From the NCBI GenBank assembly GCA_030390025.1, contig JASTWF010000033.1, positions 1,304,001 to 1,368,000 on the forward strand: a DNA stretch of 64,000 nt, in the 5' to 3' direction. This DNA is from Squalus acanthias (taxonomy: Eukaryota). The position numbers and the translations under genes are program-made. Within the stretch, counting starts at the first letter, position 1; each line of letters opens with the position of its first letter. Positions 38,393 through 49,576 of this stretch are shown in pieces. The notes under the pieces are model-generated. The model made no database searches. It was not told where the DNA came from and was given only the letters and a program-made list of their open reading frames with translations.

Positions 38393-40130
38393 ATGTTCAG
38401 CAGAAACACAAGGAAACACTCTGGGTACAAACTGAAACACTGAGAGTGAACACTATCCTAATAAAGGAGAAGGTTAAGGTTTTCCAGCTGGTTGATCGAT
38501 ACGCTGAGCTAACGGTCATTTCTACTGTTCGAGCTCGGAAACTTGTAGAACATGAACTGCTGGCAAGAGGCCGAGACCATGAAGAGTGGAGAGAGAAACA
38601 TCTCCAGGGAGAACTGGAGAAAATCCGAACTGATCAATTGTTCCACAGCAGTTTTTCCCGGAGAGAATCCAAATCTGGTAGTTCAGGAGCAGTGAGCGGT
38701 GTCCCGGGGATTGGAAAAACAACAATGGTACAAAAGATTGTTCATGACTGGGCCACTGGGAAAATATACCCACAGTTTCAATTTGTTTTCAGCTTTAAAT
38801 TCCGGGATTTGAACGCTATTAACTGTAGAATAAACCTGAGGAATCTGATACTGGATCTGTATCCTTACTTTGGGAATATTCTGAGAGAGCTCTGGAAGAA
38901 CCCAGAGGGATTGCTGTTTATATTCGATGGTTTGGATGAATTCAAGGACAGTATCGATTTTGCTGACAATCGGAGAAATACAGAACCTCAGCACATGTGC
39001 ACAGATCCTGAAGACTGGTGTGAAGTGTCTGACATTGTGTACAGTTTAATACAGCACAAGCTGCTCCCAGGATGTTCAGTGCTAGTGACCAGCCGCCCCA
39101 CTGCATTACATTTATTGGCAAAGGCTGAGATCAGTGTCTGGGCTGAAATCCTGGGATTTGTTGGTGAAGAACGGAAGGAATATTTCAACAAGTTTTTTGA
39201 TGATCAGACGGTGGCAGCAGCTGTTTTCAAACACGTGGAGGAGAACGAGATCCTGTACACAATGTGCTACAACCCTTCCTACTGCTGGATCCTCGGTCTG
39301 GCACTGGGTCCCTTCTTTACACAAAGAGACAGGAATCAGCAGCGAGTTCCCAAGACCATCACCCAACTATATTCCTACTATATTTACAACATTCTGAAAA
39401 ACCATGGCCGAGAGATTGAAAGCCCCCGTGATGTGTTACTGAAGCTTGGTGAGATGGGCTTCACAGGAGTCTCCGAGAAGAAGATTGTGTTTAGAAATGG
39501 AGATTTGATCAAGTACAATCTGCAACCTTCCCAGTTCCTGTCTGGGTTCATGATGGAACTTTTAGAGAGAGATGAATCTGCCCAGAGCGTGGTGTACACA
39601 TTCCCGCACCTCACCATCCAAGAGTTTACAGCCGCACTCACACAATTCCTGACTCCAGATCCCGGGGACATCCTGAAACTCCTCAGAGAATCCCACAACA
39701 AGAAAGATGGGCGATTTGAGATATTTCTCCGTTTTGTTGCTGGTCTCTCCTCCCCACAGGCAGCTCGGCCCCTGGAGGAGTTTCTGGGTCCATTTCTTCA
39801 TCAAACCACCTGCCGAGTGATTGACTGGGTGAAGGAGGGGGTTGAAGGAAAGATTGAGAACACAGGGAGTGAAACTGGGAAAAGGAACCTCCTGAACACA
39901 TTCCACTACCTGTTTGAGTCTCAGAATAAAGCACTGGCTCAGAAAACACTGGGATCTGTGAAATCACTTACATTTAATGGATTGACATTTACCCCGATTG
40001 ATTGTGCGGTCCTGTCTCACGTCATTGGACTCTGTGATACAATAGAAATCCTCGATCTACAGAACTGCAAAATTCAGTGTGAGGGACTCCAGCGGCTGGG
40101 ACCCGTACTGCACAAATGCCGGGAGTTGAG
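38393..40130 (+). CDS. NLR gene exon D: FISNA-like segment, NACHT NTPase, winged helix/HD2 and first LRRs (NLRC3/NLRP-like receptor)
   Basis: 1738-nt open exon with Walker A GVPGIGKT, Walker B LLFIFDGLDEF, sensor VTSRP, FPHLTIQEF and FLRFVAGL. GAAG acceptor (phase 1), AG|GTAACT donor (phase 2). Confidence 0.96.
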
Positions 40131-41019
40131 GTAACTGTTTATTTGTCTCGAACTGTTGGGAGAATTGTAGATCAGTCACGGATTGTATTGTTGCTCCGTA
40201 ATGTAGGATAAGAAACAGTTCAGTTAAACCAGAAAGAAGCAGATTCAACACCAATATGACCCATAATAAGTGGATCGGTCAGTAATTCTCTAAGGACTGG
40301 AGAATCTAAAATGGATCCTTGTGAACAAGTCGGGATTTTACAGTCTTTATCGGATCAGCAAATACAGGTCCCTGAGAGTCTGATAATTTAATTACAATAA
40401 ATCATGTTTAATAAGGCTGGACAGCGGAATGTAAACATAAAATATAATCCGGCAGTAAAGATAAAATTAATTTAAAATGTTTTCCACATCCACCATTTCA
40501 ACTGGGAACAGGAGAGAAACCCGAGTTTAAATCACTAACAGTTCGACATTTACTCCAATGCCGTGCAGGGTGTGTCCTGTCGAGGGGGTAGTTTCCTGGA
40601 TTGGGAATATTGGGGAATCGGGAATTCTTTCAGCTGTTAATGTTTACAATTATTCACAGTCCTGAACATTGAGTAAAGATTGATATTCAGGATCGTAAAC
40701 CTGCCGGTGAAAAGGTTCCAATCTAACCGGAGTACAGACACACACCGGCCAGCGGTGGGGCCTCGCACACAGCGGGCGGCTCCTGGGTAAACCGGGGGCA
40801 GTGAACCCGGGAATTCCCCATAATCCGCCCCCTGTGTGTGAGGCCCCACTCGGGGAGGGAACTTCCGAAAATTCCCCAAAAACTGTCCGTCCAGTTACAC
40901 CTGAAATAAATGTAGAGCCAGTTTAATGGGAATAAAGTGAGAGACTCTCCTCCCCTATAAACTAGGAGCACAGGGACATTTAAAACTTGTAACGGGACAG
41001 AATAAACTCTATATTGCTG

Positions 41020-42315
41020 CTATTGACAAACATTCACTATAAGCCCTCTGACTCCCACAGCTACCTGGAATATAATTCCTCCCACCTCGCTTCCTGTCAG
41101 GACGCTGGTCCATTCTCCCAGTTTTTCCGTCACCACCGCATCTGCTCTGACAATGCCACGTTCCATACTATTGCTTCCGACATGTCCACCTTGTTCCTCA
41201 TCCAAGAATTCCCCGCTACCATGGCTCTTGACTGTGTTCAGTCTATTTCCCACACTTCTGCTCTCATCCCTTCCCCTCCATCCCGGAACCACGATAGGGT
41301 TCCCCTTGTCCTCACCTTTCACCCCACCAGCCTCCACATTCAACAGATCATCCTCCGCCATTTCCGCCACCTCCAGCGTGATCCCAGCACCAAACAAATC
41401 TTCCCCTCACCTCCCCTTTCAGCATTCCGCAGGGACCGCTCCCTCCGCGACACCCTGGTCCACTCCTCAATCACCCCCAACACCCCTTCCCCTTCCCCCG
41501 GCACCTTCCCGTGCAAGTGCAGGAGATGCTGCACCTGCCCTTTTACCTCTTCCCTTCCCACTGTCCAGGGCCCCAAACACCCCTTCCAGGTGAAACAGCG
41601 ATTTCCTTGTACTTCTTGCAATTTAGTATACTGTATTCGCTGCTCACGATGCGGTCTCCTCTACATTGGGGAGACCAAACGCAGATTGGGTGACCGCTTT
41701 GCAGAACACCTCCGCTCAGTCCGTAAGTGTGACCCCGAGCTTCTGGTCACCTATCACTTTAATTCTCTGCTCGACTCCCACTCAGACCTCACCGTCCTCG
41801 GCCTCTAACACTCTTCCAACAAAGTACAACATAAGATCGAGGAACAGACCTCATCTTTCAATTAGGAACTTTACAGCCTTCTAGAATCAACATCTAGTTC
41901 AACAATTTCAGATTATAAACTCGGCCCCGATTTTACTTTTTTCATTGTTGTTTTTCCTTTTCCCTTTTTTCCCCTTTATGACAGCTGTTGATGATTCTGC
42001 CATTGCCATTCACACCTCATCTCAATTCATCTTTTGATTTTTAACTTGTCCCATTACCAGCTCCTTTTGCTGCACCATCATCCCTTTTGTCTTTTAATCT
42101 CTCCTGTCTTCCACCCTATCACAGACCTTCCCTTTTGTTCTTTCCTCCGCTCCCCCCACCTTTCCCGGCCCCGACACTTGCTGAAAAATCTGTTACATCT
42201 GTAACTTTTTCCAGTTCTGACCAAGGGTCCTCGACCTGAAACATTAACTCTGTTTCTCTCTCTTTTGATGCTGCCTGACCTGCTGGGGATTTCCAGCATT
42301 TCCTGTTTTTATTTT
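41020..42315 (+). mobile_element. 5'-truncated Penelope-like element (RT C-terminus, Cys-rich linker, GIY-YIG endonuclease, terminal repeat), Neptune-like
   Basis: ORF with YKPSDSHSYL, CKCRRCCTC and NLVYCIRCSRCGLLYIGETKRRLGDRFAEH. The tail has a decayed hammerhead-like motif CTGACCAAGGGTCCTCGACCTGAAAC at 42217-42243. Confidence 0.9.
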
Positions 42316-42609
42316 AGTATAAATTCTCCGTGTTATATAAAATCCTGGGGGACTGATTTTACAGCAGCAGTTAGCGTTTCACAATATAACTCACCCCGAG
42401 ATATTAGACAGATTAATATAATGCACAGAGTATAAAGTACAGGGAATCACCGCTGTATCATTTAATTCTGGGAAAATCACCCCATTCCCAGAAAATCCTG
42501 GATTTAAGGAGCAGCAGAAATGAGTCAAGTTTCTCCAAACATGACGAGGCCGGTCACTGAGCTCCAGGAGGGTAATTCTGATCATCAGGGAATGAGACCG
42601 AACTGAGGG

Positions 42610-44342
42610 AAACCCGGCCGCACCCGACCCGCCCCCGGCCCCACCCGAACCCGACCCCGGCCCAACTCGACTCCGGCCCCACCTGACCCGACCCCACCCG
42701 ACCATCCCCGGCCCCACCCGACCATCCACCGACCCCGGCCCCACCCGACCAGCCCCCGGCCCCACCCGACCATCTACCGACCCTGGCCCCACCCGACCAT
42801 CCACCGACCCCACCCGACCATCCACCGACCCTGGCCCCACCCGACCATCCACCGACCCCACCCGACCATCCACCGACCCCGGCCCCACCCGACCAGCCCC
42901 CGGCCCCACCCGACCATCCACCGACCCCGACCCCACCCGACCATCCACCGGCCCCACCCGACCATCCACCGACCCTGGCCGCACCCGACCATCCACCGAC
43001 CCCACCCGACCCGACCCCGGCCCCACCCGACCATCCACCGATCCCGGCCCCACCCGACCATCCCCCGACCCCACCCGACCATCCACCGGCCCCACCCGAC
43101 CATCCACCGACCCCGGCCCCACCCAACCATCCACCGACCCCGGCCCCACCCGACCATCCACCGACCCCGGCCCCACCCAACCATCCACCGACCCCGGCCC
43201 CACCCGACCATCCACCGACCCCGGCCCCACCCGACCATCCACCGGCCCCACCCGACCATCCACCGGCACCACCCGACCATCCACCGGCCCCACCCGACCA
43301 TCCACCGACACCGACCATCCACCGACCCCACCCGACCATCCACCGACCCCGACCCCACCCGACCATCCACCGACCCCGACCCCACCCGACCATCCACCAA
43401 CCCCACCCGACCATCCACCGACCCCGACCCCAACCCCACCCGACCATCCACCGGCCCCACCCGACCATCCACCGACCCCGGCCCCACCCGACCATCCACC
43501 GACCCCGGCCCCACCCGACCATCCACCGACCCCGGCCCCACCCAACCATCCACCGACCCCGGCCCCACCCGACCATCCACCGGCACCACCCGACCATCCA
43601 CCGGCCCCACCCGACCATCCACCGACACCGGCCCCACCCGACCATCCACCGACCCCGACCCCACCCGACCATCCACCGACCCCGGCCCCACCCGACCATC
43701 CACCGACACCGGCCCCACCCGACCATCCACCGACCCCGACCCCACCCGACCATCCACCGACCCCACCCGACCATCCACCGACCCCACCCGACCATCCCCC
43801 GACCCCGAACCCACCCGACCCGACCCCGGCCCCACCCGACCCGACCCCGGCCCCACCCGACCATCCCCCGACCGCACCCGACCATCCCCCGACCCCGGCC
43901 CCACCCGACCATCCACCGACCCCGGCCCCACCCGACCATCCACCGACACCACCCGTCCATCCACCGACCCCGGCCCCACCCGAACATCCACCGACCCCAC
44001 CCGACCATCCACCGACCCCGACACCATCCACCGACCCCACCCGACCATCCCCCGACACCACCCGACCATCCACCGACCCCGACCCCACCCGACCATCCAC
44101 CAACCCCACCCGACCATCCACCGACCCCGACCCCACCCGACCATCCCCCGACCCCACCCGACCATCCACCGACCCCGAACCCACCCGACCATCCACCGAC
44201 CCCACCCGACCATCCACCGACCCCGGCCCCACCCGACCATCCACCGACCCCGACCCCACCCGACCATCCACCGACCGACCCCACCCGACCATCCACCGAC
44301 CCCGGCCCCACCCGACCATCCCCCGGCCCCACCCGACCCGCC
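42610..44342. repeat. C-rich, CpG-rich simple satellite built from 5-6-nt modules (CCGACCCCGGCCCCACCCGACCATCCA)
   Basis: 1.7 kb with very few T and no G-runs on the + strand; Gly-rich translations on the - strand. Confidence 0.96.
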
Positions 44343-44477
44343 AAGGGGGAAATCGCGGGGGGAAACCGGGTTATTAATGTCCTGAAGTACTTTCAGTGAT
44401 TGCTGTAATATCCGAGAGAGAAAATATATCAGATCCGGGCTTTGATTCAGTTTGTTTCTCTCTCTGTTTGTGTTTAG

Positions 44478-44564
44478 ACTGAATCACAATAAACTGGGAG
44501 ATTCAGGAGTGAAACTAGTGTCTGTGGCTCTGAGGAACCCGGACTGTAAAATACAGACACTGAA
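44478..44564 (+). CDS. NLR gene exon E, ribonuclease-inhibitor-type LRR: LNHNKLGDSGVKLVSVALRNPDCKIQTL
   Basis: TGTTTAG acceptor, GAA|GTAAGT donor, 87 nt, phase 2-2. Absent from the ORF track. Confidence 0.92.
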
Positions 44565-44705
44565 GTAAGTACCAGACTGTGTGAGATTGTGTTTATAATA
44601 ACAGGATGTCTGACACTGAACATTATTATTAGTATCAGTAATAGTGTTATTAATAAACTCTGGGGATTGACTCTGATTCCTGTTATTTCTCTCTCTGATC
44701 CCCAG

Positions 44706-44873
44706 TCTATGGGCTGTCGGTCTCACAGATTCTTGTGCCGAGGATCTCGCCTCCGCTCTCAGTACAAACCGCTCACTGACGGATCTGAACCTGGGAGGAA
44801 ACTCCTTCACAGACCGATCTGTCCCCGCTCTCCGCCGCCTCACACTGACCTGCCGGAGTCTGGAGCGGATCGA
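44706..44873 (+). CDS. NLR gene exon F, LRRs: LWAVGLTDSCAEDLASALSTNRSLTDLNLGGNSFTDRSVPALRRLTLTCRSLERI
   Basis: CCCCAG acceptor, CGA|GTGAGT donor, 168 nt, phase 2-2, LxxLxLxxN motif. Confidence 0.92.
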
Positions 44874-45042
44874 GTGAGTGTTTGTGTAAATGTTTAATGT
44901 AATAAATAAAATATCAATGGGATTAAGGCACTGTGGGTAATATTTGTCTGTAATTATTATTGAAATATTAACCCCAGTCTCGCGGTTATATACACTGATG
45001 TTCAATCTGTTTATTTGCTGTTTAATCTTTAATCTGCTTCAG

Positions 45043-45130
45043 GCTGTGCTGGAATCGGTTCAGTTCAGACGGACAGAGACTCCTGAGGGCGCTGCAGGGA
45101 ACAAGACCCGGATTGAGAGTGATTGCGTAA
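45043..45130 (+). CDS. NLR gene terminal exon G: LCWNRFSSDGQRLLRALQGTRPGLRVIA-stop
   Basis: CTTCAG acceptor, phase 2, TAA at 45128-45130, capping-LRR-like pattern. Confidence 0.85.
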
Positions 45131-46959
45131 TAGAATTTAATTTAATTTAAGGGTTTCCCGCTCGAGCTGATTGCGTCATCGCCCATTGTGATGTCAGAGG
45201 ACCAGCCACAGGGTCACGTGACTCAGCCGCTCCCAGGCTGCACCGCTTTCAAAATGGATGTGAGAGTGAGTGTTTCTGCAAATTGCAGAGTCTGTCTGAG
45301 TGTGTCTGTATGTCATTTTGGTTTTAATCTTCCAACTCGGCAGTCATCCCTCTGCAGGCTGGCCAGGCTGTGAGTTTGTGTGTGACAAGGCAGGCTGGCA
45401 GGCAGAGAGAGAAATCAAGACAACATGCAAAATAAAATACTGAAAACTGTCTGTTTGCTTTTAAACTCCCAAACAGAGCAGAGCAATGATGAAAATCAAC
45501 TTTCTTTCATTGCTGACAGTGATTTGTGGCAATTTTGCAGGCTAGCTGTGTGAGAGAGAGAGAGAGACAGACAGCAAAAGCTGGTGTGTATGCAGGGCTT
45601 GTCTGTGTTCAAGTTATCTGCCGTGTGCATTGGTACTGCATCTATTGTCTGAAAAAAACTGAAAGTATATACCATTAGATCATACTCATTTAATTCCAGA
45701 ATACGCTGTGGTGGGATCTTACTTTGCCTTTCTTTCAAGAATTTTGTAAAAAGAAAATCTGCATATATACATCAAGCCATTTGATATTTTACTGGACTGG
45801 ACTTTATTGGGGAATGTTTGTGGAGTGTTTCATTGCACATCCTGCTGTGGGATCTTACTCTCCCCTTCAGCCCAACCCAAACAAGACAAGACATTTGCTA
45901 AAAAAAATTATATTTTTTTTAAATTATTTTCAGAATAATCCATTTGATTTTTTTCTGGACTGGTCTTTATTGGGGAATGTGCTTGGGATGTTTTCAGAGC
46001 AAAAGCTGCTGTGCGATCTTTCCATTCATTTTATTACACCCCAGGCAAACCACAGACAGGCAGACATTTAATTAACAGAAGTAAAGTATATATATTATTT
46101 ATTCCTGATTGTATTTACTTCTTTTCACCCTCCCGGGCTTTCATTTCCTCTCGGGGACCCGGATTTCTGGGGCCTCGGCTTCACTTCTTCCTGTTTGATT
46201 GTCCTCATCAAACATGGCCGCACAGCGAGGAAGGGACATTATCAAAAACTGACACTCCCAGGCTGCACATCTTTCAAAATGGATGTGTGTGTGTGAGGGT
46301 GAGTTTCTGCAAATTGCAGAGTCTGTGTGAGTGTGTCTGTAAGTGCGTGGGTGTCTGTGTGTCTGCAAATTGCAGAGTCTGTGAGTGTGTGTCATGTTAC
46401 TGTAACTTTTAGTTCTATGTGGGTAGGAGACTGTGTGACTGAGAGACAGACAGTCAGTGAGAGCGAGAGAGACATGAAATCAAAAGGCAAGTAGCAGAAT
46501 AGAAAGCCTGTTTCTGAAGGCCACAAAGTGAAAAGATAAGATACTGAAAAGTGTATTTTTGGTTTTAATCTTCCAACAAGGCAGTCATCCCTCTGCAGGC
46601 TGTGAGTGTGTGTGTGTGAGAGAGAGAGAGAGGGCAAAAGCTGGTGTTTCTGTGAGATGTGGTCTGCTGTCTTATTAACTGCTGTTGTTGTCTTAAACCC
46701 TAGTGATTTCATTCTAGCCTGGTCCACATGTAATGCTGTTGTGTATCACTTTATTGCACTTTATTTCATTTCACTTCAATTCAAGACCGACAGTCAGTCA
46801 GTGAGATACTGAAAATGTCTTTGTGGACTGTCTGACAATAAAAGCTGTCTGGGATCTTTGCATTCTTTTTATTCCACTCTACTCAAATCAAGACAAGGCA
46901 GGCAGGCTGGCAGGCAATGAGAGAGACACATGAAATCAAGACAACATGCAGAATAGAAA

Positions 46960-47206
46960 TAAAAACAGAAAATGCTGCAAATACTCAGTATGTTAGGCAG
47001 CATCAGTGGAGATACAGAGAAACAGAGTAAATGTTTCAGCTCGATGACCTTTCGTCAGAACTTTGACAGAATCTGACAAAAGGTGATCGAGCTGAAACAT
47101 TAACTCTGTTTCCCTCTCTCTCCACTGATGCTGCCTTACCTGCTGAGTATTTCCAAAACTTTCTGATTTTATTTCAGATTTCCCACATCCACAGCATTTG
47201 CTTTTG
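46960..47206. mobile_element. Palindromic non-autonomous Penelope-derived cassette (inverted terminal-repeat pair); further copies near 49840, 51631, 53476, 55220, 56996 and 58909
   Basis: The left ~100 bp is the approximate reverse complement of the right arm, and the right arm matches the tail at 42211-42315. Flanked by the direct repeat ATGCAGAATAGAAA (exact on both sides of the 49840 copy). Confidence 0.8.
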
Positions 47207-47368
47207 ATGCAGATTAGAAAGCCTGTTTCTGTAGGCCGCAAACTGAAAAGATAAAATACTGAAAACTGTCTCTTTGCTTTTAAACTGCTAAACAGAGCAG
47301 AGCAATGATAGAAATCAACTTTCTTTCATTGTTGACAGTGATTTGTGGCAATTTTAAGGCTGGCCTGT

Positions 47369-47402
<34 letters not shown>

Positions 47403-48113
47403 CAGACAGCAAAAGCTGGTGTGTATGCAGGGCTTGTCTGTGTTCAAGTTATCTGCCGTGTGCATTGGTATTGCATCTCATGTCTGAAAAAAACAGAAAG
47501 TATACACCATTAGATCATACTGATTTAATTCCAGACTGCGCTGTGGTGGGATCTTACTTTGCCTTTCTTTCAAGAATTTAGTAAAAAGCAAATCTACATA
47601 TATACATCAAGCCATTTGACATTTTTCTGGACTGGACTTTATAGGGGAATGTTTGTGGATTGTTTCATGGCATTTCCTGTTGTGGGATCTTACTCTCACC
47701 TTCAGCCCAACCCAAACAAGACAAGACCTTTAAAAAAAATATATATATATTATATTTTTAAAATTATTTTCAGAATAGTCCATTTGATTTTTTTCTGGAC
47801 TGGGCTTTATTGGGGAATGTGCTTGGGATGTTTTCAGAGCAAAAGCTGCTGTGGGATCTTTCCATTCATTTTATTACACTCCTGGCAAACCACAGACAGG
47901 CAGACATTTAATTAACAGAAGTAAAGTATATATATTTTTATTTATTCCTGATTGTATTTACTTCTTTTCACCCTCCCGGGCTTTAATTTCCTCTCGGGGA
48001 CCCGGATTTCTGGGGCCTCAGCTTCACTTCATCCTGTTTGATTGTACTCATCAAACATGGCCGGACAACCAGGAAGGGACATCATCAAAAATGGACACTC
48101 CCAGGCTGCAAAT

Positions 48114-48675
48114 TGTAAGACTAAAAAATTAATTGTAATAATGTAAGGGCAAATCAGCTGTAATATTTAAGATTAGTTGAACTGCTTAAAGGACTATAGT
48201 AAAGGTCAAAGTATCTCCCGAAGGCTACAAGCCGATGGAGACGGGTATAATTAGATAAAAGACCAGCTTGCTTAGGCTGCGGTATAGACAATGCAGACAC
48301 TGCAGAACAAAAACGTGAAGCATTGTTTTCTATAATAAACTAACCTCGAAAATGTGTAAGAATGAAACCTTGCAGTGCAGGTGGCTGACCACTATTAAAC
48401 AAAAGCAGAATAAAGGATGAGTTTCGCTAACAGTGTAAGATTCTAATCAAGTTGTTTTTAGAGACCCTAAGGGTCGCTCATGATGTAACAACTGTGCTGA
48501 TGTTTGTATTTTCTGGCTTCTGGAAGTGTATAAAGAAGCTTGGCTGACCACTATTAAATTGAGAAGCTGGTCATTAGACCGCGGGGGCTATGACTCTTCT
48601 CCCAATGTGCTTTGAATAATAAACTGTGATCTTTTGCTTTGAGACAGACGCGAGTGAATTAATTTTTCACCAACA
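48114..48675 (+). mobile_element. Solo LTR (562 bp)
   Basis: TG...CA ends, exact 5-bp TSD CAAAT (48109-48113 and 48676-48680), TATAAA near 48529, AATAAA near 48618. The site is empty in the other units. Confidence 0.9.
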
Positions 48676-49056
48676 CAAATCTTTCAAAATAAATGTGTGT
48701 GTGTGTGAGTTTCTGCAAATTGCAGTGTCTGTGTGAGTGTGTGTGACATGTTACTGTAAATTTTAGTTCAGTGTGGGTGGGATTAAGACTGAGTGAGAGA
48801 CAGACAGACAGTCTGTGAGAGAGAGAGACATTAAATCAAAAGGCATGTTGCAGAATAGAAAGCCTGTTTCTGTAGGCCGCAAAGTGAAAAGATAAGATAC
48901 TGAAAAGTGTCTTTTTGGTTTTAATTTTCCAACACGGCAGTCATCCCTCTGCAGGCTGGCCAGGCTGAGAGTGTGTGTGAGACAGAAAGAGGGCAAAAGC
49001 TGGTGTTTGTTTGCGATGTGGTCTGCTGTCTTATTACCTGCTGTTGTATTAAACCC

Positions 49057-49576
49057 TGTCGAAGTTTGACTTCCGATTAAAGACTCTTGTAAACAATATC
49101 GTCAAAGAAGGCTTTTTATTATATTTTACTTGCAAGAAGACTGCAACCATAGCCCAATTAGCTATGATGACAGACTGCCGAATCACAGAAAATGGAGTAT
49201 TCTTATACAGTATAATATCACATGACATGTTGTTTAAGGTAAGCTAAGTTAACAATTAGAAAAAACACATTAGAAATGCCTTACAATGAGACTAGCTAAT
49301 CTCTATAAAATGGAGTCTATCTATTTTACTTCTCGCACCAAGGCCAAGGCGACTGGTTTGTTTACTTTACTAGCCCTTGGTTATCTCAATATTAAGCCTG
49401 TTTTCTTTTGTGCAGGCAGTCTTTTGCTGACAGCATAGTCTAGGAATTATAAGTTATTTTCAGAAAAGAACATAACAATGGATTTTTTCCCTTTTCCACA
49501 CAAGTCAGAGTCGGCCATTTTATTAGTTTAAATTCAAGGACACCATTTTGTCCGAGACAAAAACTGCACTTCCACA
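49057..49576 (-). mobile_element. Solo LTR (520 bp), unrelated to the previous one
   Basis: TGTCGAAGT...ACTTCCACA inverted termini, minus-strand AATAAA near 49115 and TATAA near 49203. The site is empty in the other units; TSD is imperfect. Confidence 0.8.

Noticed and set aside
38446..40134. Single-exon 562-aa NLR as given by the ORF track; naming it NLRC3 or NLRP3
   Set aside because: The start is GTG within an exon that begins at 38393, and the stop lies past a splice donor. Orthology cannot be assigned from sequence alone.
42391..44344. 500-640-aa Gly/Trp-rich ORFs resembling structural proteins
   Set aside because: All three minus frames are open because the satellite lacks stop codons; it lies antisense in an intron.
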